A stretch of 64,000 nucleotides of DNA from an uncultured Candidatus Saccharibacteria bacterium (GCA_964639295.1 CAZXDT010000004.1:11096-75095); one strand, 5' to 3'; numbered from the stretch's first letter, positions 46,864-55,794 are shown. Program-made: numbers and translations. The notes: a model not told the origin generated them from the sequence alone.

Positions 46864-47790
46864 TTAGATCCAACGTTTTTTGTGGAAAATTGCCACCGCC
46901 GACAACATTAGTCCAACGATTATTAGAAGTACAACAGTAAACGCATGCTTGCTATCGTGAAGCGGTACTGCAACATTCATACCCCATAATCCACCAACGA
47001 TGGTTGGGATAGTCAGGAAGATTGCGATAGAGGTTAGTCGTTTGAAAGTCTGGTTCAAATTAGTAGTAGCTATAGTGTCATATGCTTGACGAATGTTAGC
47101 TAGTGCACGGGCGCGAGACTTAGCAAGCTCAATAAGCTCTGAGGCACCAAGACGGAGGTCCTCGACCATATCCTTATCATCTTCGTACAATTTAATGTAG
47201 CGACCGTTGAGCAGGATATTGAGGACAGTTGCTTGCGGTTGTAATGCAGTCAGGAACTCGTTGAGATCTTCTTCAATTTCAATTATGCTGACAAAATCAC
47301 GATTAGTCAGTTCTGACTGGCGCATTTGTGCCCTAATTTGTAGTGTCTTTTTGGACACCTTATTAATCTGCATACGATATGACTGATTAACTCGTTCCAG
47401 AATCTGCATCATCGTCTTGGTTTTTTGCGTGGTGACGACTTCTGTTTTACCTGTTGTAAAGGTGTTGAGTAAACCAGCATCTAAGCGCATAACGGTGATC
47501 AGATAATTGGGCGTATAGATAAAAAGTAATGGTTCTGTGGCAATTTCTTTACCCTCTGGGTGTGAATAACGGGTATAGAGATATACATTCCCCTCGTCAG
47601 TTTCTACACGTGGAGCCTCGTAAATATCTACCGCATCTGTCAGTAGATCAATATCAAGCTTGTAATCTGTAGCTAATTCTTCAAGTTCTGCCTGGCTTGG
47701 GGCCACAACAGAAATCCATGATCCGGCTTTTGGCTTTTCAATAGTAGCCAGCTCGCGGTCACGAGCCGTACTGTGATAGATAGATAACAT
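46864..47790 (-). CDS. corA: CorA-family magnesium transporter
   Basis: 308 aa with a C-terminal GMN motif (GLWGMNV) between two transmembrane helices. Confidence 0.9.
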   Translation of the reverse strand: MLSIYHSTARDRELATIEKPKAGSWISVVAPSQAELEELATDYKLDIDLLTDAVDIYEAPRVETDEGNVYLYTRYSHPEGKEIATEPLLFIYTPNYLITVMRLDAGLLNTFTTGKTEVVTTQKTKTMMQILERVNQSYRMQINKVSKKTLQIRAQMRQSELTNRDFVSIIEIEEDLNEFLTALQPQATVLNILLNGRYIKLYEDDKDMVEDLRLGASELIELAKSRARALANIRQAYDTIATTNLNQTFKRLTSIAIFLTIPTIVGGLWGMNVAVPLHDSKHAFTVVLLIIVGLMLSAVAIFHKKRWI

Positions 47791-47804
47791 AGGGGTATTC
47801 TACC

Positions 47805-49625
47805 CTATTTGTTGCGCTTGCGCTTGTTAGGATCGAGCTCTTTTTTACGAAGGCGGAGATTCTTTGGGGTAACTTCTAGTAGTTCGTCGTTTTCAATAAA
47901 GTCGAGACACTGCTCAAGACTAAAGACAACTGGTGGAGTCAATTGAACCACACCATCACTTGATGAGCTACGCATGTTAGTTAGCTGCTTGGCCTTACAG
48001 ATGTTGATCTCCATGTCTTCTGAACGAGCGTTCAGACCGATAATCTGGCCAGCGTAGACTTTCTCTGCTGGACCGATGAATGTCGTACCACGAGCTTCTG
48101 CATTCTGTAGTGAGTACGGTGTTGAAACACCTGTTTCAAAGCTAATTAGTACGCCACTACGGAGCTGCTGCAATGCAGAGCCTTGTGGTTCAAATCCAAT
48201 AACAAGACTGTTCATAACAATCGTACCCTTAGTATTCGTCAACAAAATGTTACGCATACCAAGTAACGCACGGGTTGGCATTACATAGATCAACTTAGTC
48301 ACACCCTTAGGGCTAGCAAACTGTTCCTTCAACATTGCACGGCGTTGACCGAGCTCCATTTGCACCGTACCAACATGTTCTGCAGGCACTTCAATAATTA
48401 CTTCTTCGACTGGCTCGACAGTTTGTCCGTTTTCTTCCTTAGTCACCACTTGTGGACGACCAACTTCGAACTCATAGCCTTCGCGGCGCATAGTCTCAAT
48501 CAATACACCAAGGTGTAATTCGCCACGTCCAGCAACAGTAAAGCCAATACCATCGTCTTCCACACGCAGACCAACGTTAGTTTCAAGCTCCTTCTGAAGG
48601 CGCTCAGAGATCTGACGTGAAGTGCCGTACTCACCCTCAGTACCCTTGAATGGGCTGGTGTTTGGGCCAAGGTAGATACGGAGTGTTGGTGCTTCTACTT
48701 CAATAGTTGGGAGTGCTTCTGGTTCATTAGCGTCGGCTATGGTTTCACCGATTTGTGCATCAGCGATACCAGTAAGCTGCACGATGTCACCAGCGATACC
48801 GCCAGGGACTTCGAACTTACTGACACCATGGCTCATGAAGACATTATCAACTTTAGCCTTAGCAAAAGTTCCATCTTTCTTACAAAGTGTAATCTGGTCG
48901 CCTGGCTTGACGCTACCACGAGTAATACGGCCAATGGCGTATTTACCCTTAAATGTGTCGCTCGCAAGTGCAGTTACTAACATCTGGAATGGCTTATCAA
49001 CTTCTACTTTTGGTGCTGGGATCTTTTCGATCACTGCGTCAAAGATTGGATCAAGGTTGGCATCTGCTTCTGGGTCAGCAGGCACAACCGCCCATGACTT
49101 TCCGGCACGGCCAATGGCGTAGTACACAGGATAGTGCAGTTGTTCTTCGTGAACAGCGAGTTCTAGGAACAAGTCAGCAAGCTCGTCTTCAACTTCCTTA
49201 ATACGTGACGCAGGCTTGTCGATCTTGTTGATAATCACGATTGGGCTTAGTTCAGCCTCAAGTGCACGCTCCAACACAAACTTTGTCTGTGGCATTGGGC
49301 CTTCCTGAGCATCAACGATCAACAAACAGCCATCTGCAAGATTCAAAGTACGTTCAACTTCACCACTGAAGTCAGCGTGTCCAGGAGTATCAATAATGTT
49401 GATACGGTAATCGCCGTGTTGAACTGCAGTTACCTTAGCGGTAATCGTAATACCGCGCTCTTTTTCCTGATCACCACTGTCCATGATCAATTCCTGGGTC
49501 ATTTCTGCCTGGTTATCACGGAAAGTTTTAGACTGCTTTAATAGACCGTCAACGAGGGTAGTTTTACCGTGGTCAACGTGTGCAATAATTGCAATATTAC
49601 GAATTTTGGTTGGATCTTGCTGCAT
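47805..49625 (-). CDS. typA: Translational GTPase TypA/BipA
   Basis: 606 aa with [27 protein letters not shown] and NKID. Confidence 0.95.
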   Translation of the reverse strand: MQQDPTKIRNIAIIAHVDHGKTTLVDGLLKQSKTFRDNQAEMTQELIMDSGDQEKERGITITAKVTAVQHGDYRINIIDTPGHADFSGEVERTLNLADGCLLIVDAQEGPMPQTKFVLERALEAELSPIVIINKIDKPASRIKEVEDELADLFLELAVHEEQLHYPVYYAIGRAGKSWAVVPADPEADANLDPIFDAVIEKIPAPKVEVDKPFQMLVTALASDTFKGKYAIGRITRGSVKPGDQITLCKKDGTFAKAKVDNVFMSHGVSKFEVPGGIAGDIVQLTGIADAQIGETIADANEPEALPTIEVEAPTLRIYLGPNTSPFKGTEGEYGTSRQISERLQKELETNVGLRVEDDGIGFTVAGRGELHLGVLIETMRREGYEFEVGRPQVVTKEENGQTVEPVEEVIIEVPAEHVGTVQMELGQRRAMLKEQFASPKGVTKLIYVMPTRALLGMRNILLTNTKGTIVMNSLVIGFEPQGSALQQLRSGVLISFETGVSTPYSLQNAEARGTTFIGPAEKVYAGQIIGLNARSEDMEINICKAKQLTNMRSSSSDGVVQLTPPVVFSLEQCLDFIENDELLEVTPKNLRLRKKELDPNKRKRNK

Positions 49626-49637
49626 TTCAATAAAAAT

Positions 49638-49698
49638 GCGTCGATTTGCCGACGCCTGCCTTTGATGTCATTATCGCATAACAGAGGAGAATTAGCAA
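49638..49698 (-). promoter_or_regulatory. typA promoter plus a terminator-like leader hairpin
   Basis: On the minus strand: TTGCTA (49698..49693), a 17-nt spacer and GATAAT (49675..49670). Hairpin GCGTCG-GCAAAT-CGACGC (49655..49638) follows, then ATTTTTATTGAA and the ATG. Confidence 0.45.
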
Positions 49699-49710
49699 CC
49701 GCTAGTGCGC

Positions 49711-50364
49711 TCACCAATCTATATCGTATTGTTCAAAGAATAGGCTTTTGGCGCCCAGGACCTTAGAGAAAACTTCTTTAGTTGCTGGAGCAAGTCTGAG
49801 TGTGTCTAGCTCATCGACACTACACCACCTAGTGCCAGTGGATAGCTCTACATTGTCGTCAACCGTTGCAGTAAATACGTTTGCCAGAATACTTGAAATA
49901 AGCTCGCCACGAACCATCGCTCTAATAAAGCAGCTCCCTCTATGATCAAGCCCTTCCGGCGTTATGTGCAATTTCTCATCTGCTTCTCTGACAGCGGCAG
50001 AGAAAAATGACTCGTCTTCCATATGGACTTTACCGTACGGCAACATCCACGTATCTATAAATGGCTGTTTAGATTTTGAAATTAACAATACTTCACCTTT
50101 GCTGTTTTGGATAACTAGCATGTTCGTAAGCTTGGGCTGAATCCGTGGCTCAAACTTTTCCATACTTACTTTATCAACATATGAAAGCCCCTTGGGGCTC
50201 AAACGGTATCCCTCGTCACCCTTTTCAACGAAACCCTCTTTTTGGAGTGTTTTTAAGTGGTAACTATATGCATTGCTGTCGACTTTAGGTGGACGCATAT
50301 CACGAAACCGCGCCCATTTGGTATACATAAGTGTCCGAAGAATATGTTTTTGAATGTAGTGCAT
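49711..50364 (-). CDS. Winged-helix + degenerate-Nudix domain protein (putative ligand-sensing regulator)
   Basis: 217 aa. The N-terminal wHTH is YSYHLKTLQKEGFVEK. The C-terminal Nudix fold has an off-consensus box, GKVHMEDESFFSAAVREADEKL. Confidence 0.65.
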   Translation of the reverse strand: MHYIQKHILRTLMYTKWARFRDMRPPKVDSNAYSYHLKTLQKEGFVEKGDEGYRLSPKGLSYVDKVSMEKFEPRIQPKLTNMLVIQNSKGEVLLISKSKQPFIDTWMLPYGKVHMEDESFFSAAVREADEKLHITPEGLDHRGSCFIRAMVRGELISSILANVFTATVDDNVELSTGTRWCSVDELDTLRLAPATKEVFSKVLGAKSLFFEQYDIDW

Positions 50365-50479
50365 CTGTTAATCAGTATAACTTGTTTTGAGTCAATTTTT
50401 ACTAGCTATTTTTGAAACTATTTAGAGATTACTATTCGTATGTATCTGTTAATTATTACAAGAAAAGTGAACATAGATT

Positions 50480-51157
50480 ATGAGCTTGACTCAGAGTTAC
50501 GAAATATTTGACCAGTTTGAGTACATAAATACGAACCCCGAGCAAGAAGCGCAAGCAATTGGCAACACGGTACTGGCAATTAGCCAACTAACGATCGACT
50601 TTGCGTCGGTAGAAAGAATTCCACGTTATTTCCACAACCGTCGCGAGAATGACGCCGAACATAGCTTCATGCTTGGACTTACAAGTATGGAGATCGGTAA
50701 ACAATACTACCCGGGCCTTGACGCCGGTCTTATGGTCCAGTTCTCACTGGTACACGATCTTGTTGAACTTGAGACCCTTGACACCCCTACTTTTCAAGCA
50801 GACGAAGCGACTCTTGCCGCAAAGCATGATGCGGAACAAGCCGCACTCGAAAAGCTATCCCGCACACTTCCACCACACATTGCCGACATGCTTATTTGGT
50901 ATGAAGAGCAAGAACAAACTGAAGCTAGGCTGGTCCGACATATTGATAAGCTACTCCCTTATGCCGTCAACACAACCGGAGCTGGAGTAGCAGTCATGAA
51001 TGAAGATTACGGAGTTACGAGTGTTCCACAAATGATGGCAAAGAACGACATTCTGGAAGCCCGTTTTAACCTGATGTTCCCGGATAGAGTTCACCAGATT
51101 CTTCACGGAACACACACTGTGCTTGCAAAAAGATTCGCGCTTGAACTAGGCGCATAA
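50480..51157 (+). CDS. HD-domain phosphohydrolase (YfbR-like)
   Basis: 225 aa with ENDAEHSF...LVHDLVE (the H...HD...D pattern). Confidence 0.75.
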   Translation: MSLTQSYEIFDQFEYINTNPEQEAQAIGNTVLAISQLTIDFASVERIPRYFHNRRENDAEHSFMLGLTSMEIGKQYYPGLDAGLMVQFSLVHDLVELETLDTPTFQADEATLAAKHDAEQAALEKLSRTLPPHIADMLIWYEEQEQTEARLVRHIDKLLPYAVNTTGAGVAVMNEDYGVTSVPQMMAKNDILEARFNLMFPDRVHQILHGTHTVLAKRFALELGA

Positions 51158-51161
51158 CTGT

Positions 51162-52277
51162 CTACTGCACATGCTCCCATGGCAAGCCAGGCTTGCCGAA
51201 GTGACCATATGCAGCGGTTTGCAGGTAAATTGGTTTTCTCAGATCTAGACCTTCGACAATTCCCTGTACTGAAGTATCTAGAAGAGCCTCCGCAAATGCT
51301 TGAATCTTCTCTGCTGGGCTCTTATTAGTACCAAAGGTATCAATAGTAAAGTTCACTGGCTTCTTGGCGCCAATATAGTAGGCCAGAGCAACTTCTGCTT
51401 TGTCAGCAAGACCCGCAGCTACAATATTTTTTGCAATGTATCGGGCGGCGTAGGCACCAGAACGGTCGACTTTACTTGGATCCTTACCGCTAAACGCCCC
51501 ACCACCAACACGCGCATACCCGCCATAACCGTCCACCACGATCTTACGACCGGTAAGCCCTGCGTCAGATGACGGACCTGGCGTGTACCATACGCCTGTA
51601 CCATTTACGACAATATCCTTTTCGGCTATCACATACCCGTAGTTCTTGAGTACTGGCGTAATGATCGTTTCGTAAATATCCTTCCGGACCCGTTCAAGAC
51701 TAATCTCTTCCGCATGGGGCACGGCAATAGTCACGTGCTCAACAGCAACTGGCTTGTCGTCCTCGTATCGAACTACAACCTGAGCCTTACCATCAGGACG
51801 TAAGTGCGGCAGAGTACCGTCCTCACGTGCCGTATCAATTGCTTTAGTCAGTGCATGGGCCAAGGTAATGGGAAGCGGTAAATACTCTGGTGTCTCATTA
51901 CTAGCAAACCCAAACATTAAACCCTGATCACCTGCACCAAAATCATCAACACCGACAGAAATCTCTGCAGATTGTTGGTGTAGATGGTTGTCAATTGGCG
52001 ACTTATCGCTAAAACCCCATTTTGGTTCGGTGTAGCCAAGTCGTGTTATTTCTTTGCGCACAATTGCATCAATATCAATCTTCGCTGTAGTGTTAATCTC
52101 ACCGGCTATCGTCACCCTATCGTGAGCAACCAATGTTTCTACGGCAGTTCTGCCATTCGGATCTTGTGCGAGTACCGCATCAACAATTGCATCGCTAATC
52201 TGATCGGCTACTTTATCGGGGTGTCCTGCACAGACTGATTCACTCGCAAAATGAGTTATAACTTTAGTCTTTGGCAT
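51162..52277 (-). CDS. metK: Methionine adenosyltransferase
   Basis: 371 aa with GHPDKVADQISDA, GAGDQGLMFGFA and GGGAFSGKDPSKVDRS. Confidence 0.95.
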   Translation of the reverse strand: MPKTKVITHFASESVCAGHPDKVADQISDAIVDAVLAQDPNGRTAVETLVAHDRVTIAGEINTTAKIDIDAIVRKEITRLGYTEPKWGFSDKSPIDNHLHQQSAEISVGVDDFGAGDQGLMFGFASNETPEYLPLPITLAHALTKAIDTAREDGTLPHLRPDGKAQVVVRYEDDKPVAVEHVTIAVPHAEEISLERVRKDIYETIITPVLKNYGYVIAEKDIVVNGTGVWYTPGPSSDAGLTGRKIVVDGYGGYARVGGGAFSGKDPSKVDRSGAYAARYIAKNIVAAGLADKAEVALAYYIGAKKPVNFTIDTFGTNKSPAEKIQAFAEALLDTSVQGIVEGLDLRKPIYLQTAAYGHFGKPGLPWEHVQ

Positions 52278-52532
52278 TTATCTAACCTCCACCTGCGTAA
52301 TCAGTTCCGCTGCATCTAAACGGCGACCATTACGATCATAAATGAGACTATCGGTACTAATGGGCACTTCTCCGCTAAAGATGTCAGTGAAGCTTACCCC
52401 CTCACCCAATTGCACAATCGTACTAGCTCCCAAGAGTTTAGCGACACGTATAGTACGTGCTGGTTCCACTAACAGGTCAGCAAAGAGTGCTCGCTCAACC
52501 TCCACACTAGGTCCAGTTAATAGATCTGACAT
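52278..52532 (-). CDS. Hypothetical 84-aa protein, first cistron of the riboswitch-controlled metK operon
   Basis: AAAGGA Shine-Dalgarno sequence 8-9 nt before the ATG. Its stop TAA abuts the metK ATG, and the metK GGAGG Shine-Dalgarno sequence lies inside its last codons. Confidence 0.5.
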   Translation of the reverse strand: MSDLLTGPSVEVERALFADLLVEPARTIRVAKLLGASTIVQLGEGVSFTDIFSGEVPISTDSLIYDRNGRRLDAAELITQVEVR

Positions 52533-52571
52533 AAAAAATATCCTTTCTGCCTACACAGCGAGAAAGGATAT
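52533..52571 (-). terminator. Intrinsic terminator (riboswitch expression platform)
   Basis: Minus strand ATATCCTTTCT-CGCTGTGTAGGC-AGAAAGGATAT (11-bp perfect stem) followed by TTTTTT, then the ATG. Confidence 0.8.
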
Positions 52572-52589
52572 GGAATTCGATTATTCAGC

Positions 52590-52707
52590 ATATATCTTTC
52601 CGCTATGGGCGGCTAGATGGAGCACCTTCATGGGTTCACGGCCTTTTCGTGTTACCAAGGGTTGCCGGCAGGTCATTGAGCTAGATCTCTCGCTGCACTC
52701 TATATAT
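52590..52707 (-). promoter_or_regulatory. SAM-I (S-box) riboswitch aptamer
   Basis: Minus strand: P1 ATATAT/ATATAT, J1/2 AGAG, the conserved blocks CCGGCAACC, AAGGTGCTCC and GCGGAAAGAT, and a P4-like hairpin GCCGC-CCATA-GCGG. The P1 3' strand GAAAGATAT can instead pair with the terminator 5' arm, which would form an antiterminator. Confidence 0.75.
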
Positions 52708-52738
52708 TTGTAATTATCAAAGAAAGGCTAAAAGCAGT

Positions 52739-52761
52739 GTAGCACATGCTGCTTGTGCTAC
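52739..52761 (-). terminator. Possible terminator after a small minus-strand ORF
   Basis: Minus strand GTAGCAC-AAGCAGCAT-GTGCTAC, then ACTGCTTTTAGCCTTTCTTT. Confidence 0.45.
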
Positions 52762-52767
52762 AAACTA

Positions 52768-52911
52768 CTACTCAGCTGCTTTTGCAGCAATTACATCAAG
52801 TTGACTATAGGTTGTTTCGAGTTGTTCAAGTTGTGGCAGAACAGCGGCATCAAGCAGCCATAATGGCGATAAAAGAAACCCCGCAAATAGTAGCAACCCT
52901 AGAACCCTCAT
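52768..52911 (-). CDS. Possible 47-aa signal-peptide-like small protein (not in the ORF track)
   Basis: Translation is MRVLGLLLFAGFLLSPLWLLDAAVLPQLEQLETTYSQLDVIAAKAAE. A hairpin follows it, but no clear Shine-Dalgarno sequence precedes it. Confidence 0.3.
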   Translation of the reverse strand: MRVLGLLLFAGFLLSPLWLLDAAVLPQLEQLETTYSQLDVIAAKAAE

Positions 52912-52950
52912 GGGTATAGTCTAACTAAGTTGATCCGGAGAAGAAATTGC

Positions 52951-53934
52951 TTACGCTTTTTTGTGGGGGATTTTTTTAAGAAAATTCTTATAAGATTTGA
53001 GGTGTTCTATTTTATCCCAAAATTTCTGGAATGTGCGCACAACATACGGTGCTATAAAGTAAGCAGCGACTGCGTATACTCCACCTAGAATTTCGTCAAT
53101 TGCGTAGTGTTCACCCTGGTAAACCGTGCCAAAGTAGATAAATGCCGGATACAGTAAGGACAAATACTTCCAACGTGTTTTGAATAGCTTGAATGCAAAA
53201 ATGGCAAATAGCGTGGCATATGCAGCATGTAATGATGGTACAGCTGCAACTGGGTTTGGTGAGATCCTGTTATAGACAGATGGAAAGTCGTGAATACCAA
53301 GTGATGACCATACACTACTGGACACACGCTGGATTGGCTCAATCAGCCCCATATCACTCGCCATCCATGGCGGTGCAGCCGGGAAAGCCAAGAATGTCAA
53401 AAAGCCCAGGAACGAAACAGTGAGGTACGACGTCGCGTAGTGCCAATAGTGCGAATCCCTCAGCCGCCACACCACAAACGCCAGAGCAAATGGCAATACA
53501 AAGTGCAGCATATAGGTGATATAGAGCACGAAGTCATACCACTGCACCGTACCGTGCCATAGATGTTGCTGCAACCATGCAGTTGGTAAGTGACCCAAGA
53601 ACAAGAACTTATCAGCATCCGGCATCCACATGTAGTTCACGTGATTGTTGAGATGCGGCACAATACCGCGGAAAGATTCGTACACGAGCAGCAAGCCGAC
53701 AAATGGCACAAAACGCTTCAGCATTTCCTCTGCTTGTTTAAATATCAAACAGATAAATGTCGCAAAAACCAACAGCTTATCTGGTGTCGGAAAACTTGGC
53801 TCACGAATAAAGATACCAATGCTAACAATTGTCGCGAGTAAACCGACAATTTGCATCTTCTGAAGTTTTGGTAGCTGCACCGCTCTATTATATACAACGG
53901 CCCTGAAAATAACTTGGGAAATAAGAAAACTCAC
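52951..53934 (-). CDS. PAP2-superfamily membrane phosphatase/phosphotransferase
   Basis: Polytopic 327-aa ORF with the AAVPSLHAAYA motif. The GTG start at 53934 is uncertain; the ATG at 53856 is an alternative. Confidence 0.7.
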   Translation of the reverse strand: MSFLISQVIFRAVVYNRAVQLPKLQKMQIVGLLATIVSIGIFIREPSFPTPDKLLVFATFICLIFKQAEEMLKRFVPFVGLLLVYESFRGIVPHLNNHVNYMWMPDADKFLFLGHLPTAWLQQHLWHGTVQWYDFVLYITYMLHFVLPFALAFVVWRLRDSHYWHYATSYLTVSFLGFLTFLAFPAAPPWMASDMGLIEPIQRVSSSVWSSLGIHDFPSVYNRISPNPVAAVPSLHAAYATLFAIFAFKLFKTRWKYLSLLYPAFIYFGTVYQGEHYAIDEILGGVYAVAAYFIAPYVVRTFQKFWDKIEHLKSYKNFLKKIPHKKA

Positions 53935-53970
53935 TCAGTTCAAGCCGGATAGTATGTATAATTAGAACAC

Positions 53971-54561
53971 ATGCAGATAAAGCACCTGAGACCACCCATG
54001 CTCGTTTTTGGACTTGTGATCCTGGTTGTTGCACTTGGAATAATGATTGGCCAAACTTTTAGACGGGAGGTACCATCCGTGGAGCCCGCAGTTCAGACCG
54101 TAGAAGGCGCAAAACTAACACTTACAAGCATTGCTTTTGATTCAGAGCAGGCTATTCCTTCTGTGTATACCTGTAGCGGTGCCAATGTTAATCCGCCATT
54201 ATCTATAGAAAACCCACCAGGTAATGCTAAAGAATTTGTGCTTATAATGCACGACCCAAATGCTTCAAATGGCGATTGGGTACACTGGACACTTTGGAAT
54301 ATACCCGTCGATACTACTAATATAGCCGAGCATTCGGTACCAGCTGGCACGACAGAAGGCGTCACCAGTTTTGGTATCGCTGGATATGGTGGCCCTTGCT
54401 CACCTAACGGCAGTGGTACGCATCGATATATATTTGAGCTATACGCACTGAATGACACCATTAGCCTGGATCCCAAGACTTCTCGTGACGGCCTAGTATC
54501 TGCAATGAACGGTAAAATCCTAGCACGTACGCAGCTCGTCGGTATTGTAAAATCTAAGTAA
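53971..54561 (+). CDS. YbhB/YbcL-family PEBP (Raf-kinase-inhibitor-like) protein
   Basis: 196 aa with an N-terminal transmembrane helix, then NPPLSIENPP...LIMHDPNA...WVHW...GYGGPCSP.GSGTHRYIFELYAL. Confidence 0.9.
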   Translation: MQIKHLRPPMLVFGLVILVVALGIMIGQTFRREVPSVEPAVQTVEGAKLTLTSIAFDSEQAIPSVYTCSGANVNPPLSIENPPGNAKEFVLIMHDPNASNGDWVHWTLWNIPVDTTNIAEHSVPAGTTEGVTSFGIAGYGGPCSPNGSGTHRYIFELYALNDTISLDPKTSRDGLVSAMNGKILARTQLVGIVKSK

Positions 54562-54563
54562 TC

Positions 54564-54719
54564 TTAGAATGTACGTGGAGTTTGTTCGTACTCCCAGAAT
54601 GATAATTCGCTCGTATCTTGCGTGTCTCTACGACTCGGCCTACTTGAGTGATTACTATATTTGATCGTCTTCCAGATATATTTGACGCGCTGCTTGGCAA
54701 CAAATTGTCGACTGTTCAT
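54564..54719 (-). CDS. Hypothetical 51-aa basic protein (not in the ORF track), coupled to the upstream 66-aa ORF
   Basis: Hand translation is MNSRQFVAKQRVKYIWKTIKYSNHSSRPSRRDTQDTSELSFWEYEQTPRTF. Its ATG overlaps the upstream stop (ATGA). Confidence 0.4.
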   Translation of the reverse strand: MNSRQFVAKQRVKYIWKTIKYSNHSSRPSRRDTQDTSELSFWEYEQTPRTF

Positions 54720-54916
54720 GACATGCCCCCATGACCACCAAACTGTCTTACATTGAGCCCAAATTTTACTTGTGGGACCAATCGTGTTTGATATAACGAC
54801 GGGCTTCTTTGTGCAAGTCGGTGCACATCATCGGATTTCCAAGAGTTTTGTTTTGAGGTTTGGGTCTTTGCAGTACTTCGATTTGTTTTAGCATTAATAA
54901 CAGTATCGTGACTCAT
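54716..54916 (-). CDS. Hypothetical 66-aa basic protein
   Basis: A strong Shine-Dalgarno sequence (AAGGGGGAAAT) precedes the ATG. A CRP-type box lies about 70 nt upstream. Confidence 0.5.
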   Translation of the reverse strand: MSHDTVINAKTNRSTAKTQTSKQNSWKSDDVHRLAQRSPSLYQTRLVPQVKFGLNVRQFGGHGGMS

Positions 54917-54986
54917 ATTTCCCCCTTGTAAGTCATAGTATTGATCAAGTTGTTTCTTTATTCAGTGCCAATCATCACCGTACTTA

Positions 54987-55002
54987 CGTGATTATTATCA
55001 CA
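54987..55002. promoter_or_regulatory. CRP/FNR-type box 3
   Basis: cGTGA-TTATTA-TCACa, located between the crp-family stop codon and the small-ORF pair. Confidence 0.5.
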
Positions 55003-55015
55003 AGTAGGAATCTGA

Positions 55016-55714
55016 CTATTTCTGCCTGAGGTGAGGCCATGTATTCATGACTTCCTCTGCCCCCATTGTCTGCGCTAAAGCTGAGGGATCCCTGATAATG
55101 AAGTACCCTTTGCCATCTTGCTTAATGAGCCCTTGTCGCTCCATCTTCTCAATCATTCGGCTCGCTGTCTCACGGGTTACACTCACCGCATCGGCAATTT
55201 GTTGATGACGAAAAGCCAGCGGGATATACCAACCATCTTCATGTTTAACGCCCAGTCTCCCAGCAAGGTACAGTAATCGATAGGCTACTTTGTCATATGC
55301 ATTATTAAATGCCAGGTTCTCTACGCGAGCTTTGAGACTAAATATCTGACGCATCATGATGTTATTCACTTCTTGCATCAATTCAGGATCTTTTTCTATG
55401 GCCGCCTTAACCACATCTGCCTCAAGACGTGTGACGGTTACGTCAGTAAACGCTTCCCGGAAGACGTTTTGGTTAATACCCAGGAACGCCCAAATAATAG
55501 AGAATAATTCGCCGGGGCCATAGAGAACGTGAAACCGTTCACTACCGTCTTTTGCCAAAGTATATTCTTTGACATAACCCTCTGCCAAAAAATAAACCCC
55601 TCGCGGGGTTTCATTGGCACGTTGGATGATCTCACCCTTCTTGTAGTCAAGCTTTCGCCCGCTTCCAAAGAGCTCTACTATTTGCGGATGGGGTACATTT
55701 AGTCCGTATTTCAT
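55016..55714 (-). CDS. Crp/Fnr-family transcriptional regulator
   Basis: 232 aa with an N-terminal cNMP-binding beta-roll and a C-terminal HTH (VSVTRETASRMIEKMERQGLI). Confidence 0.9.
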   Translation of the reverse strand: MKYGLNVPHPQIVELFGSGRKLDYKKGEIIQRANETPRGVYFLAEGYVKEYTLAKDGSERFHVLYGPGELFSIIWAFLGINQNVFREAFTDVTVTRLEADVVKAAIEKDPELMQEVNNIMMRQIFSLKARVENLAFNNAYDKVAYRLLYLAGRLGVKHEDGWYIPLAFRHQQIADAVSVTRETASRMIEKMERQGLIKQDGKGYFIIRDPSALAQTMGAEEVMNTWPHLRQK

Positions 55715-55745
55715 AGCTCTACCTCTACTTTAACAAAGGTGTACT

Positions 55746-55775
55746 ATATTAAATACCTAAATCGCATAATGTCAA
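55746..55775 (-). promoter_or_regulatory. Candidate promoter of the crp-family gene
   Basis: On the minus strand: TTGACA (55775..55770), an 18-nt spacer and TAATAT (55751..55746). An AGAGG Shine-Dalgarno sequence precedes the ATG. Confidence 0.5.
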
Positions 55776-55794
55776 TACGTACAGGCTAAAAGTC

